DNA of 64,000 nt, taken from IMG/VR virus record IMGVR_UViG_3300038468_000223, positions 1 to 64,000 of that record. One strand, 5' to 3'. Source of the DNA: a virus. Positions 28,109-38,553 of this stretch are shown one piece after another. The notes under the pieces were generated by a model that ran no database searches, was not told the DNA's origin, and saw only the letters and a list, made by a program, of their open reading frames with translations. The position numbers were made by a program, and so were the translations under genes. Position 1 is the first letter of the stretch, and every line of letters begins with the position of its first letter.

Positions 28109-28555
28109 ATGACGACCATCAACGACGTGGCCGAGGCCATGCAGGGCGCGAACGTGTCGATCGACGAGCTGATCGAGGTCTTGCGCGCGGCGCCCTACAA
28201 CACCCCCGCGTTCTTCGGGCCGCACGACCCCACCGCCCGCGGGCTGCAGAAGCTCGGACTGCTCGAGGAGTGCCCGAGCACCCCCGGTCTCTTCCGCCAG
28301 ACCTGGGCCGGGCAGGAGCTGGCGGCCAAGGCCGGCGAGCCTCACGCCGCGGCGGCGGCGCCGAAGCCGAACCTGTCCCTCCAGGACGTCGCCCACGGTA
28401 TCCTGGCGCTCCCCGTCAAGGGCTCCAGGCTCGACGCGGCGGCGGGCGCGGTCAAGGAGGCCGTGGCGCGGGCCGCGGGCAACAAGTCGAAGGCGGCCGC
28501 GCTCCTCGGCGTCGACCGCAAGGCGTTCGCCCGCCGCCTCAAGAAGGCCCGCTGA
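28109..28555 (+). CDS. Protein with C-terminal Fis-type HTH
   Basis: AAGNKSKAAALLGVDRKAFARRL; preceded by a TAGACA-GG-TGTCTA palindrome. Confidence 0.75.
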   Translation: MTTINDVAEAMQGANVSIDELIEVLRAAPYNTPAFFGPHDPTARGLQKLGLLEECPSTPGLFRQTWAGQELAAKAGEPHAAAAAPKPNLSLQDVAHGILALPVKGSRLDAAAGAVKEAVARAAGNKSKAAALLGVDRKAFARRLKKAR

Positions 28556-29361
28556 TGTTCGCCGAGCCCTTCCTCCGCTGGGCGGGCGGCAAGCGCAAGC
28601 TGGTCCCGCAGATCCAGGCGCTCCTGCCGAAGCGGTACGGCACCTACCACGAGCCCTTCCTCGGCGGCGGGGCTCTGTTCTTCGCGCTGCAGCCGCAGCG
28701 AGCGCGCCTGAACGACATCAACGCGCCGCTCATGACCACGTACCGCACCGTCCGCGACGACGTCGAGGGGCTCATCAAGCTCCTCCGGCGGTACTCGCGC
28801 AACGAGGAGGAGTTCCTCCGCGTCCGGAAGTTCAACTTCGGTCGCGGCTCCGCCGCGCGGAAGGCCGCCGACTTCATCTACGTCAACAAGTGCTGCTTCA
28901 ACGGACTCTATCGTGTCAACCAGAGTGGGCGATTCAACGTCCCCTTCGATGGCACCAAGACCGATCGGAACGTCATCTGCGACGCAGAGCTGCTTCGTGC
29001 GGTGAGCGCGGCGCTGCAGAATGCGCGCTTCTCGCGCGCGCCATTCGACTCGACGACGGTCACCGCGCGGATCTCCAAGGGGGACCTCGTCTACTTCGAT
29101 CCGCCGTACCACCCGCTCACCAAGACGAGCAACTTCACCGCGTTCCACCAGAACGGCTTCGACGGGGAGGATCAGAGGCGTCTGCGCGACGTCGCACTCG
29201 AGCTGAAGAAGCGTGGTGCCTTCGTCGTCATCAGCAACAGCAACGCCCAACTGATCAGGGAGCTGTACGCCCACTTCAAGATCGAGGAGGTGATGGCCGC
29301 ACGGTCGATCAACTCCGACGCGGAGGGGCGCGGCAAGATCAAGGAGCTGCTGATCACATGA
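28555..29361 (+). CDS. dam: Dam-family DNA adenine methyltransferase
   Basis: FLRWAGGK, EPFLGGG, FNGLYRVN..G.FNVP, YFDPPY, KELLI. Confidence 0.93.
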   Translation: MFAEPFLRWAGGKRKLVPQIQALLPKRYGTYHEPFLGGGALFFALQPQRARLNDINAPLMTTYRTVRDDVEGLIKLLRRYSRNEEEFLRVRKFNFGRGSAARKAADFIYVNKCCFNGLYRVNQSGRFNVPFDGTKTDRNVICDAELLRAVSAALQNARFSRAPFDSTTVTARISKGDLVYFDPPYHPLTKTSNFTAFHQNGFDGEDQRRLRDVALELKKRGAFVVISNSNAQLIRELYAHFKIEEVMAARSINSDAEGRGKIKELLIT

Positions 29362-29852
29362 ACTGCAGAACGTGCGACAAGCCTTGTGGCGATCTGTTCA
29401 CGTGCACCGACTGCTGGGAGGTCGAGCGCCGCCTCGACGACTACGTCCGCTCTCCGAAGGGTAGGGCGCGCGTGGCGGAGGCCCTGCGCAACGCCACGCA
29501 GGATCAGGTCCTCCGCTTCATCTGTCCCGTGTGCCAGGCGCAGCACGATCGCGGGTTCGTCAACGGCGTCGACGTGTATCGGTGCCTGCGGTGCGGGTAT
29601 ACCGGCACCGACAACGAGGCAAGACGTGAGTAAACGGAATCGAGGGCGCAAATGCAGGTCGCCGCGCTGGACGACGAATTCCAGCCCCGTTCGCGCTATC
29701 GCCAGCGTCGATGCGCACGGGACGAAGTGGCTGACTTGCGGCCATCCGGCGGAGGGGCGACCGCTGGGGCAGGACAAGAAGAGCTACTTCTGCTCCCGGT
29801 GCGCCAATGCCGCACGGACCGAGCGGCTCCGTCGACAGGTGACACATGAGCG

Positions 29853-30788
29853 ATGACTTCTACACGTCAAAGTGACACGACGGAGGCGACGATGAACAAG
29901 AGCGTGGTGGTCAGCGCGGGACGGGATGAGATCGAGCTGCGGTGGGCGCGCGACGGCGTGTACGTCCACCGGTGCCGACCCGATCAGCCTGCCTTCCTCG
30001 ACATCACGGCGGCGGCATGGCTGCACCACGAACTCGGCGAGTGGCTGCTCGAGCGGGCGCGGAGCGACGAGCGCTGGCGTGACGCGATCGGCTCGACGAT
30101 GACGGCGATGTGCCGGCGGATGCCGCTCTTCAAATTCGTCGGAAGCCCGAGCCGGGAGCATATCTCCGGCGCGCGCGCCGCGATCTTGTCCTTCAGCAAC
30201 GCGCTGATTCACGCCGGGGAGGGACGGCGCCTCGAAGTGTGGCTGCAGTTCCTGCTCAAGGAGCTTCGGACGTACGGTAACAGCAGCGAACATGCAGCGG
30301 CGACCGCCAGTGCGGAGATCGAGCAGGCGAAGCAGGCCTGGGAGGCCGAGGCCGTCGTGCACGACGCCACGGCGAAGACGCCACCGCCGACCGAGGCGGT
30401 GCCCGCCGCGCCAGTGGAAAAACTCGAGGAGATTCGGGAGATCGAGCAAATTCGAGCGCTCGTCGACCTGGAAGAGGAGTTCGGCCCCATCGTCCCCGGC
30501 GGCGCGCAGGGGGGCGTCGTCGCCAAGCACCGCCGCGCCGCTGCCGCAGCGGAGGCGGCGAAGAAGACACCGCTCCAGGACCTGTTCGCACACGTCGAAG
30601 CAGCAGAACAAGCCCTGGCGCGCGTTGGTCGAGCGCGAGAAGCCCTCGAGAAGGCGTGGGACATCGTCACGTGGGTGGCCAATCACGTTCCCGCGCCAAG
30701 CGACTGGGCTTGTGCCGAGTGCAACCTGAAGCCGGGCTTCAAATGCGCCGTACACCAGGCACGCGCGCTCACGGCGAAAGAGAAATGA
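29853..30788 (+). CDS. Hypothetical protein (paralog of 33751-34539)
   Basis: Shares long identical nucleotide tracts with its paralog. Confidence 0.6.
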   Translation: MTSTRQSDTTEATMNKSVVVSAGRDEIELRWARDGVYVHRCRPDQPAFLDITAAAWLHHELGEWLLERARSDERWRDAIGSTMTAMCRRMPLFKFVGSPSREHISGARAAILSFSNALIHAGEGRRLEVWLQFLLKELRTYGNSSEHAAATASAEIEQAKQAWEAEAVVHDATAKTPPPTEAVPAAPVEKLEEIREIEQIRALVDLEEEFGPIVPGGAQGGVVAKHRRAAAAAEAAKKTPLQDLFAHVEAAEQALARVGRAREALEKAWDIVTWVANHVPAPSDWACAECNLKPGFKCAVHQARALTAKEK

Positions 30789-30981
30789 GCACGCAGATCT
30801 GCACCGAGTGCGGCGTCACCCTGGACTACGAAGGGGAGGTGCCCGACGACGAGGACGACATCCTCTGCCAGGGGTGCTTCGAGGATCGGACGGACAAGAT
30901 CATCAAGGCCCTCATCGCCCGCGCCGAGGCGGCGGAGCGAGAGCGGGACGAGATCCGGAAGCGGCTGGAGGAGATGACGGG

Positions 30982-31620
30982 ATGAACGCCGATGAGATCC
31001 GCTGGACGATCCTAGAACGCCGCCCGTGCAGCGAGGGACGCGAGTGGCTCGCCACACAGCCCGCCGACGCGGCACCCGAGACGCTCTGGCTTACGTGTCC
31101 GCGGGGCGACTGGTTGATGTGGGCTCTCGTGCCGTACGCGTCGAAACACCGTCCGCTGCTCGTGGCGATGATCCTCGCGTCCGCGAGGATTGCGAGGACA
31201 AGGCTGCATCTCATTCCGGAGCACCACCGCACGCCCTGCGAGCGCGCGCTCGACCTGACCGAGCGCTGGTGCGCGGGAGAGGACATGCCGGCGAGCGCGT
31301 TGCGAGCCGCCGCCAACGCCGCCGCCAACGCCGCCGCCAACGCCGCCGCCAACGCCGCCGCCAACGCCGCCGCCAACGCCGCCGCCAACGCCGCCAACGC
31401 CGCCGCCAACGCCGCCGCCAACGCCGCCGACTACGCCGCCGCCGTCCACGCCGCCTACGCCGCCAACAACGCCGCCTACGCCGCCGCCGCCTACGCCGCC
31501 GACGCCGCCAACGCCGCCGCCAACGCCGCCGGCTACCTCACCGCCGATCTCGCGATCGTCCACGAGGCGACCCCGTGGCAGCTCGTCGCGTACGCCATCG
31601 AAACCGCGGAGAACCAATGA
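30982..31620 (+). CDS. Phage protein with Ala-rich (AAAN)n repeat
   Basis: PCSEGREW..RGDWLMW N-terminus; GCCGCCGCCAAC tandem repeat at about 31306-31530. Confidence 0.7.
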   Translation: MNADEIRWTILERRPCSEGREWLATQPADAAPETLWLTCPRGDWLMWALVPYASKHRPLLVAMILASARIARTRLHLIPEHHRTPCERALDLTERWCAGEDMPASALRAAANAAANAAANAAANAAANAAANAAANAANAAANAAANAADYAAAVHAAYAANNAAYAAAAYAADAANAAANAAGYLTADLAIVHEATPWQLVAYAIETAENQ

Positions 31621-32349
31621 ACGACGGGGCTCCCACTGGGTGGCGGGCGCTGCGCCTCGACAGGGTCTACCGGGGCCACCTGCTGAAGGTCTACCTGGCG
31701 CCGGAGGGGCGGCGCTGGCGGTGGTCGACTGAGAAGCTGGCCCGGCGCACGCGACTCCTGAACGTTCGCTGGGAGCGGGCGGGCGGGTACCGCGCGACGA
31801 GCAAGCAGGCCATGGAGTCGGCGGAGAGGGCGACCGACGAGATCGTAGACGGAAAGGGCGGTGAGTGATGAACCGACGGGCCCGCAAGAAACTCCACTAC
31901 GCCGAGAAGGCGTACCTGCACGCGAACGGCTGGACGTTGGGGGCGGACGGGAGATGGTCCAACAAGGTCCTCCGCCGGGACAGCCTCGACGAAGGGCATG
32001 CCGTGAACGTTCAGAAGCAGCGCGACCGATGGAGCGAAGCGGATCGGCGCCGGCGTGTCAACGAAGGCCCCCTGCTCGTGCACGCGCTCCGGCACCCGGT
32101 GAAGCTCCTTCGACGCTTCGCCGCGCGGCTCTGGGCGGCGCCGCGGAGCACGAGCGTCGCGGACTTCATGGAGGACATCGACCGGGCCGCGCTCGGCGAC
32201 GACTGGGGGGACCAATGAATGGCACCAACAAGTGCTTCGCCTGCGATTCCACTCTCGGCTGCGCGGTGAACTGGCTCCGCGAGACAGGCTACTCGCTGCC
32301 GCTGCCCTTTCACTCTTCACTGGATGTGAGCTTGAAGTAGACTCACCCC

Positions 32350-33003
32350 ATGAGCCTCGACGCAGACACCTTCCCCACCCTGATCCGACTCGGCCAGGAG
32401 ACCGGCATCGAGCCTGAGTACCTCCTGCTCGTCGCCTACCTCGAGTCCCGCTTCACCCCCGAGATCCACCGCTCGGGGACCGGCTACTACGGCCTGACGC
32501 AGATCAGCGGTACGTGGCTCAAGGCCCACGGCATCGACCCCACCGACTTCCTCACCTGGCCGGCCAGCCACCAGTTCGCTCGAGCGACGGTGCCCTACTT
32601 CCTCGAGCAGATGAAGGCGTACAAGATCCCCGGCGTCCGCTCCGCGGGGGTCCTGCAGGCCATCAACCTCGCGCCGGCGCGCGTGCGTGACGGCGCCCCG
32701 GGCAACGTCCTGTACCCCCCGCCGCAGAACTACTACGACGCCAACAAGGGCGTCGACGTCAACAAGGACGGCCAGATCACGATCGGCGACCTCGACGCCC
32801 TCGCCGACGCCCTCGCGAGGCAGCAGACCTTCCAGGTGGAGCTGGCGAAGCTGCGCGCGCTCAGGGGCGCGAAGGCGGTGGGTGCGGCGGCTAAGGCGGC
32901 CGAGCCGTCCCTGCTCGGCGCGTCACTCGGCGGGCTCGCCGTCGGGGCGGTGGGGTACGCCGCGTACGAGTGGTGGAAGAAGATGAGAGGAGTGTCCCGA
33001 TGA
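32350..33003 (+). CDS. Lytic transglycosylase-like protein with EF-hand-like motif and C-terminal TM anchor
   Basis: LESRFTP...YYGLTQI; NKGVDVNKDGQITIGDL; hydrophobic tail followed by KK. Confidence 0.75.
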   Translation: MSLDADTFPTLIRLGQETGIEPEYLLLVAYLESRFTPEIHRSGTGYYGLTQISGTWLKAHGIDPTDFLTWPASHQFARATVPYFLEQMKAYKIPGVRSAGVLQAINLAPARVRDGAPGNVLYPPPQNYYDANKGVDVNKDGQITIGDLDALADALARQQTFQVELAKLRALRGAKAVGAAAKAAEPSLLGASLGGLAVGAVGYAAYEWWKKMRGVSR

Positions 33004-33319
33004 CCGACGCCCACGAAGAGATCGAGAAGCTCGTCGAGAAGGTCGGCGAGGTCCAAGAATCCCTCGACGACTTGCTAGGCGCGCAGGTCGGCTTCTACAT
33101 GCGCGCCGACAAGCTCGTTCGGCTGCTCACGAGGGAAACGGTGGGCGAGATCATGGAGCGCCGGCGTCGTTCCGCGACGAGTTCGTGCGGTTCGCCCGTG
33201 AGGTCTACGCGCCGGTCGGACCGCGCCTCACGGTCGCCGGACCGCCGCTGCCGGAGGCGTGCTTGGAGGCTCTCAGGACGTGGCTCGCCGCGCATGACGA
33301 CGCGTGAACGGAGGACAGG

Positions 33320-33754
33320 ATGAGCGATCGGTCGAAAACGGTGGTGGGGGCGATGTTCGACATGTTGGACTTGGAGGCTTTGCGGACGCAAGCTCAGCAT
33401 GCATCGCAAGAGGCGGAACGAAGTCGCCTCGCGCGCGAGATCTTCTTGCACTGCGCGCTCATGGCCGACAACGGAGGCGAGCGATTCGAACAGCTCGCGC
33501 AACGCGCCTTCGAGGCGGCCGACGCCTTCTTGAGCGTCGAGGCGGGGAACGCACAGACGCAGCCCGAGGTGAGTGCGCTGCAAACTGCCGCCGACGTGCT
33601 CGAGCAGCTCGAATGGTCGCCATTCACCTCCGTCCACTTGTTGAACGACGAAACGAGCGAGGGATGGTGTCCCATCTGTAGGAACCCGATGATGAAGGTG
33701 CACGCCGCAGACTGCAAGCTCGAGGCGGTCTTGAAGGCTGCGGGGAGGCGATGA
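33320..33754 (+). CDS. Hypothetical protein
   Basis: C-terminal CPIC..H..DC. Confidence 0.55.
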   Translation: MSDRSKTVVGAMFDMLDLEALRTQAQHASQEAERSRLAREIFLHCALMADNGGERFEQLAQRAFEAADAFLSVEAGNAQTQPEVSALQTAADVLEQLEWSPFTSVHLLNDETSEGWCPICRNPMMKVHAADCKLEAVLKAAGRR

Positions 33755-34539
33755 TGGGTGACAACGACGTGGTGGTCAGCGTTGGGAAGGGTGAGATCGA
33801 GCTGCGGTGGTCGTACGACGGCGTGTTCGTCCACCTCGTTCAGCGATCCGATCAGCCCGCCTTCCTCGACATCGCGGCGGCGTCGACGCTGCATCGCGAA
33901 CTCGGCGAGTGGCTGCTCGAGCGGGCGCGGAGCGACGAGCGCTGGCGTGACGCGATCGGCTCGACGATGGCAGCGATGTTCGGGATGGTACCACTCGTCT
34001 TCCATCTCGTCGGGGGCCAGACCCCCAGCAAAGAGAGCGTCTCCGGCGCGCGCGCCACGATCATGTCGTTCGGGCGCGCGTTGATCCGTGCGGGGGAGGG
34101 GGCACGCTTGCGGCGCCTCTTGTGGACCCTGATCAGGGAAGAAGGCGCCGACTTCGAGACGAAGACGTTGCCGCCTACCGAAGATGTTGAGCGGTTTCGT
34201 CAGATCGTCGACCTGGAGGAGGAGCTTGGCCCCATCGTCCCCGGCGGCGCGCAGGGGGGCGTCGTCGCCAAGCATCGGCGGGAGGCGACGTGGACCTGTC
34301 CAGCTTGCACCGAAACGCTCGACGGTGTCGAGCCGTGTCCCGTTGGAGCAAAGCGTGGCGCCGCGCCGATCCCGGAAGGCGAGTGCTGCCCGGGCTGCGG
34401 AGCGCAGCGCGTTGCGCTCTCTCGACCCGGACGCTGCACGAAGTGCAACGTCTTCACTGTCTGGGCCTTTATCTGCAACGGCGTAGGGTCGTGGTACGTG
34501 TGCGTCGACTGCGCTCACCGGTGCATGACAGCCCCATGA
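33751..34539 (+). CDS. Hypothetical protein (paralog of 29853-30788) with Cys-rich C-terminus
   Basis: Shared N-terminal domain with its paralog. Confidence 0.6.
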   Translation: MMGDNDVVVSVGKGEIELRWSYDGVFVHLVQRSDQPAFLDIAAASTLHRELGEWLLERARSDERWRDAIGSTMAAMFGMVPLVFHLVGGQTPSKESVSGARATIMSFGRALIRAGEGARLRRLLWTLIREEGADFETKTLPPTEDVERFRQIVDLEEELGPIVPGGAQGGVVAKHRREATWTCPACTETLDGVEPCPVGAKRGAAPIPEGECCPGCGAQRVALSRPGRCTKCNVFTVWAFICNGVGSWYVCVDCAHRCMTAP

Positions 34540-36116
34540 TCCTCGCCAAGGCATTCCTCTCCGGCCGCGGTCGGTGGGCGCTCCGCTGCGCCTACGACGA
34601 GCAGGTCACCGAGCAGTGCCACAAGCTACCCGGCATGCACTTCGACCGCGAGGCCCGCGCCTGGGTCGGCTACCTCGACGCCCTCAAGCCGCTCATCCGG
34701 CGCCTCGAGAAGCACCGCATCGCCAAGGTCCGCATCCTCACCCCACCAGTGCAAGCCCCGTCGTTCTTCGAGGACGACGACCGCCTGCGCCCGTACCAGA
34801 AGGAGGGCGCCGACTTCATCGTCGACCACGCCGACGAGGGGGTCCTGCTCGCCGACGACCTCGGACTCGGCAAGACCCGCACGATCCTGTGCGCGCTGTC
34901 GGAACTCGAGCTGCCCGCCGTGGTCGTCTGCCCCGCCGGCGTCAAGCGGTCGTGGGTCAGCGAAGGCGAGAAGGTCGGCGTCAAAGTCAAGATGATTAGC
35001 GGCGGCAAAGTAGAGGACTTCGACCTCGACGGTGTCGTGGTGATCAACTACGACATCCTGCCGACGTGGTTGCCCTTCCTCAAGTCGGCCCAGACGGTCG
35101 TCTTCGACGAGGCTCACTACCTCATCAACGAGCGCAGTCGACGCAGTCGACTGTGCAAGGAACTCGCCGCGGGGTGTTCGTATCGAATCGCCGCCACCGC
35201 GACGCCGTTCACGAACAAGCCGCGGAACTTGTGGAACGTAGTCGACACGATCAGCCCCGGCCGTTTCGGCAAGTTCTTCTACTTCGCGAAGCGTTACTGC
35301 GACGCGCACAACGAGACGATCGAGCTGCGGGACGGCGACACCAAGACCATCCTGAAATGCGACGGTGCGACGCACCTCAAGGAGCTGTCGAACCGCCTGA
35401 AGCAGTTCACCATCCGCCGCATGAAGGCGGACGTTCAGCTCGAGCTGCCCCCGCAAATCCGCCAGATCGTCGAGGTCGACGTGGCGAGCGACTCGCTCGC
35501 CTACGAGTGGTCCCTCAAGAACACTAAGGAGGCGCGCATCGCGCTGAGTGCGGCCGCGAAGACCAAGATCCCACACGCCGTGGAGATGGCCGACGAGGTC
35601 GTCGCCGGCGGCGGTCACGTCGTCGTCTTCTGCCACGAGAAGCGCGTGGTGCGCGAGACGGTCAGGGCGCTCGAGGAGCGCCACGTGCCGGTGTTCTGGG
35701 CGACCGGGGAGCTGTCACCCGAGCGGCGCGAGAAGGCCGCCGCCGAAGCCGCCAGGGCCCCCTCGGCGCTCGTCGTCACCACCCACTCGATGGGCGTCGG
35801 CATCAACTATCTCACCTACGCCGACCACGCCATCTTCCTCGAGTTGGACTACGAGCCGCACTGGTTGATCCAGGCTGCCGGGCGCCTGCATCGTCAGGGG
35901 CAGCGCAAGACGGTCCACGTCCGCTACCTCGTCGCCATCGGCACGATCGACGAGGCGATCCGGGACGCGGTCCTGAACAAGATGGACGTGTTCGAGCGGA
36001 CGTTCGGCTCCACCGAGGCCGGCTTCGTCGACGACCTGCGCGGGGGCTCGGAGGAGGACTCCCTCGCCGCCGTGCGCGACTACCTGCACGAGATGGGCAA
36101 GACGTACTTCACCTAG
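34536..36116 (+). CDS. SNF2/SMARCAL1-like helicase
   Basis: LRPYQ, LLADDLGLGKT, FDEAH, TATP, QAAGRLHRQGQ. Confidence 0.92.
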   Translation: MILAKAFLSGRGRWALRCAYDEQVTEQCHKLPGMHFDREARAWVGYLDALKPLIRRLEKHRIAKVRILTPPVQAPSFFEDDDRLRPYQKEGADFIVDHADEGVLLADDLGLGKTRTILCALSELELPAVVVCPAGVKRSWVSEGEKVGVKVKMISGGKVEDFDLDGVVVINYDILPTWLPFLKSAQTVVFDEAHYLINERSRRSRLCKELAAGCSYRIAATATPFTNKPRNLWNVVDTISPGRFGKFFYFAKRYCDAHNETIELRDGDTKTILKCDGATHLKELSNRLKQFTIRRMKADVQLELPPQIRQIVEVDVASDSLAYEWSLKNTKEARIALSAAAKTKIPHAVEMADEVVAGGGHVVVFCHEKRVVRETVRALEERHVPVFWATGELSPERREKAAAEAARAPSALVVTTHSMGVGINYLTYADHAIFLELDYEPHWLIQAAGRLHRQGQRKTVHVRYLVAIGTIDEAIRDAVLNKMDVFERTFGSTEAGFVDDLRGGSEEDSLAAVRDYLHEMGKTYFT

Positions 36117-36559
36117 ACCGGAACTTGTGGGGGCGCCGGGAACGAGCGCACGACACCGGCACCGGCCTCCACCGTGGCGGTCCCGCCCGCGTCGCAGCGC
36201 GCGACCACGGAGACTTGATGACTACCAGTAGAGAGTGGATCCGAACGGAAGGTGCGCGTGAGCAGGACCTTCTTGGCGGCCGCCAGGGTCACGGTGAAGA
36301 CGTCGACCGGGACGCCGTCGACGTAGATGCCGAACTGGAAGGCGGCCTGGTCGGCTTCGCCGTTCTGCACGTAGGCGCTGACGTCGATGGCCAGCGCGTA
36401 GCCGGCGGCGACCACGATGGGTGCTGTCGCGATGAAGGCGACCGCATCGGGGGTGATGTTCACCGGATCGGTGTTCTGCGCGAACCCGAGCTGCGGCGTC
36501 GGCTTCGGCTGCGGGTAGGGCACCGCGGCGATGCTTGCCAGAACATAGCGGCTCAACAT
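36113..36559 (-). CDS. Beta-rich hypothetical protein, possibly structural
   Basis: Beta-sandwich-like composition. Confidence 0.55.
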   Translation of the reverse strand: MLSRYVLASIAAVPYPQPKPTPQLGFAQNTDPVNITPDAVAFIATAPIVVAAGYALAIDVSAYVQNGEADQAAFQFGIYVDGVPVDVFTVTLAAAKKVLLTRTFRSDPLSTGSHQVSVVARCDAGGTATVEAGAGVVRSFPAPPQVPV

Positions 36560-36630
36560 GGGTGGATTGTACAGGATCTAGTCAGGAAGACTAGCGCGAC
36601 ACGTTCAGAGTGCTTACGGAGGATGAGACC

Positions 36631-36828
36631 ATGACCGAATCGACCGAGACCAAGAAGCCGAAGGGGTTCGCTGCCATGACGAAGGAGCAGCGCGCCGAGA
36701 TCTCTCGCAAGGGCGGCCGCGCGGCGCACGCGCGCGGTACCGCGCACGAGTTCACCGCCGAGGAGGCGCGCAGGGCGGGCCGCAAGGGGGGCCTGGCGAC
36801 CCACGCGAAGCACCAGGACGGGGGCTGA
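36631..36828 (+). CDS. KGG-motif general stress protein (YciG/GsiB-like)
   Basis: GFAAM..EQRAEISRKGG..AHEFT.EEARRAGRKGG. Confidence 0.9.
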   Translation: MTESTETKKPKGFAAMTKEQRAEISRKGGRAAHARGTAHEFTAEEARRAGRKGGLATHAKHQDGG

Positions 36829-36843
36829 TGCTACGCTAGTGGC

Positions 36844-38307
36844 ATGCCCGATCGCAGCTACTGGCAGAAGCTCGTCGACGACTACACCGAGGCGTTCAAG
36901 CGCCTCGGGCTGACCCCCACCAAGCACGCGCTGCTCCTCGCCGCCACGCCCGGCGAGTTCGAGACCAACAGCGGCAGGGCGTGGCCCGGCACGTACAACG
37001 TCGGCGCCGTGCAGGGCCGAGCGCTCACACAAGAGGAGCAGGCGAAGCTCGCCTCGGGTGAGCTGCGACCCGGCGCGCGCATCGCCGGCGACCCGGGCTA
37101 CGTGCTCCAGTACGACACGAACCCGGACAAGGGCGGCGCGAAGTACCCCGTCTGGTTCGTCGCCTTTCCCACCCAGCTCGACGGCATCCTCTACTACCTG
37201 CGCGTCCTGCTCGGCAAGGCGAAGTCGGTGGTCGTCGACCCCGCCGGGACCTTGCGCCAGCTCGCGACGGCGATGTACCTCGGCGGCTACTACCAGGGCC
37301 GTCACGCCGGCGCGCGCCCCTACTACAAGCGCGCGCTGCCGCTCACGGTGCCGGAGCAGGCCAACGTCGACGACTACACCAAGGCGCTCGAGGGGGTCTA
37401 CGCTCAGACCATCGAGCCCAACATGGGCCCCCTCATCCAAGAGGAGAAGTCTCCGATGCCGGATCCGACGCCCGCTCCCGCCCCCACCGCCTTCGCCAAG
37501 CGCCTCGCCGAGATCGCACTGGCCCACGCGCCGTGCTCCGCGCACGACCGACAGGACGTGTACGTCGACATCATCGTGCGCCCGAGCGACCGCACCGAGG
37601 CGCGGTTGCCGTACTACATCGGCAACAAGCCGCCCAGCACCTGCGGCCTGCTCGTCGAGGGCGCCCTACGCCTCGACGGGCTCACCGACCCCGAACTCGT
37701 CGACCCGTACAAGACCCCGCCCGGAGCCGTGGCGGACCTCCAGACGGTCGCCAAGCGGCACGGCGTCCTCGAGTACGGGACCCCTACGAAGCCGCCCTGC
37801 TGCGGAGACGCGATCATCATCGACGAGGTCCTCGTCGACAAGGACGGCAAGGAATACGACAACGCCCACGTGATCCTGTGCACCAGTGACGCGGCGGTCA
37901 GCGACGACGGGCTGACGTGGGCGTACGCGTCGGTCCAGGGGGGACAGTACAACCCCAGCGACAAGACCGGCGGGAGCAGCGCCGTCATGTCGTTCCCGAC
38001 GAGCACCCTCGTCAAGAAGAACGGCAGGTGGTACGCGGGCGCCGGGACGCGGTACGTGATCGCGATCTGCCGCTTCAGCCGGCTCGACTTCCCCGTCTCG
38101 CAGCAGGTCCCCGTCGCCAAGCCGGCGGAGCCGCCCGAGGAGCCGACCAAGGAGCCGGAGCCCGCGCGCGAGCCGGCGGCCGCCCCCCAGCCGAACGACG
38201 GGGCTCCCACAGGGGGGGTGAAGAAGAACGTGGTGGGCCTGGCGGCGGGGGCGTCGCTGTTCGCGCTGGTGGCGGGGGTGGTGGCGTGGGTCTGGGAGAA
38301 GTGCTGA
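36844..38307 (+). CDS. Multi-domain peptidoglycan hydrolase candidate (GH73-like plus Cys/His amidase-like) with C-terminal TM anchor
   Basis: ET..G...NVGAVQ...F.AF....DG..YY...GGYY; STCGL...HVIL; P/E-rich linker and TM helix. Confidence 0.55.
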   Translation: MPDRSYWQKLVDDYTEAFKRLGLTPTKHALLLAATPGEFETNSGRAWPGTYNVGAVQGRALTQEEQAKLASGELRPGARIAGDPGYVLQYDTNPDKGGAKYPVWFVAFPTQLDGILYYLRVLLGKAKSVVVDPAGTLRQLATAMYLGGYYQGRHAGARPYYKRALPLTVPEQANVDDYTKALEGVYAQTIEPNMGPLIQEEKSPMPDPTPAPAPTAFAKRLAEIALAHAPCSAHDRQDVYVDIIVRPSDRTEARLPYYIGNKPPSTCGLLVEGALRLDGLTDPELVDPYKTPPGAVADLQTVAKRHGVLEYGTPTKPPCCGDAIIIDEVLVDKDGKEYDNAHVILCTSDAAVSDDGLTWAYASVQGGQYNPSDKTGGSSAVMSFPTSTLVKKNGRWYAGAGTRYVIAICRFSRLDFPVSQQVPVAKPAEPPEEPTKEPEPAREPAAAPQPNDGAPTGGVKKNVVGLAAGASLFALVAGVVAWVWEKC

Positions 38308-38553
38308 GGGGCCTAGACAGCAAGAGGGGTCGTGGGCATCATCGGTCCCGATGATGATTCGACGCCGCTCGGGGCGGGCTGGGTTCGGGACCCGGCACCG
38401 TTCCATCTAGCGGGTGCGACGCACGAACCAGACGCGATAGCGATGATTGACGGCGGCGGATAGCCGCGAGCGCGAAAGCACGCGAGGCGCCACCAGAAGC
38501 GGCGCGAAGCACACGGGAGGCTGCGGGCAGGGTGCCCGCGGCCTTCGGTGTTT

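Noticed and set aside
31306-31530. AAC-rich repeat as a DGR template or CRISPR
   Set aside because: It is a simple in-frame 12-bp coding repeat (AAAN), with no RT, no TR/VR pair and no spacers.
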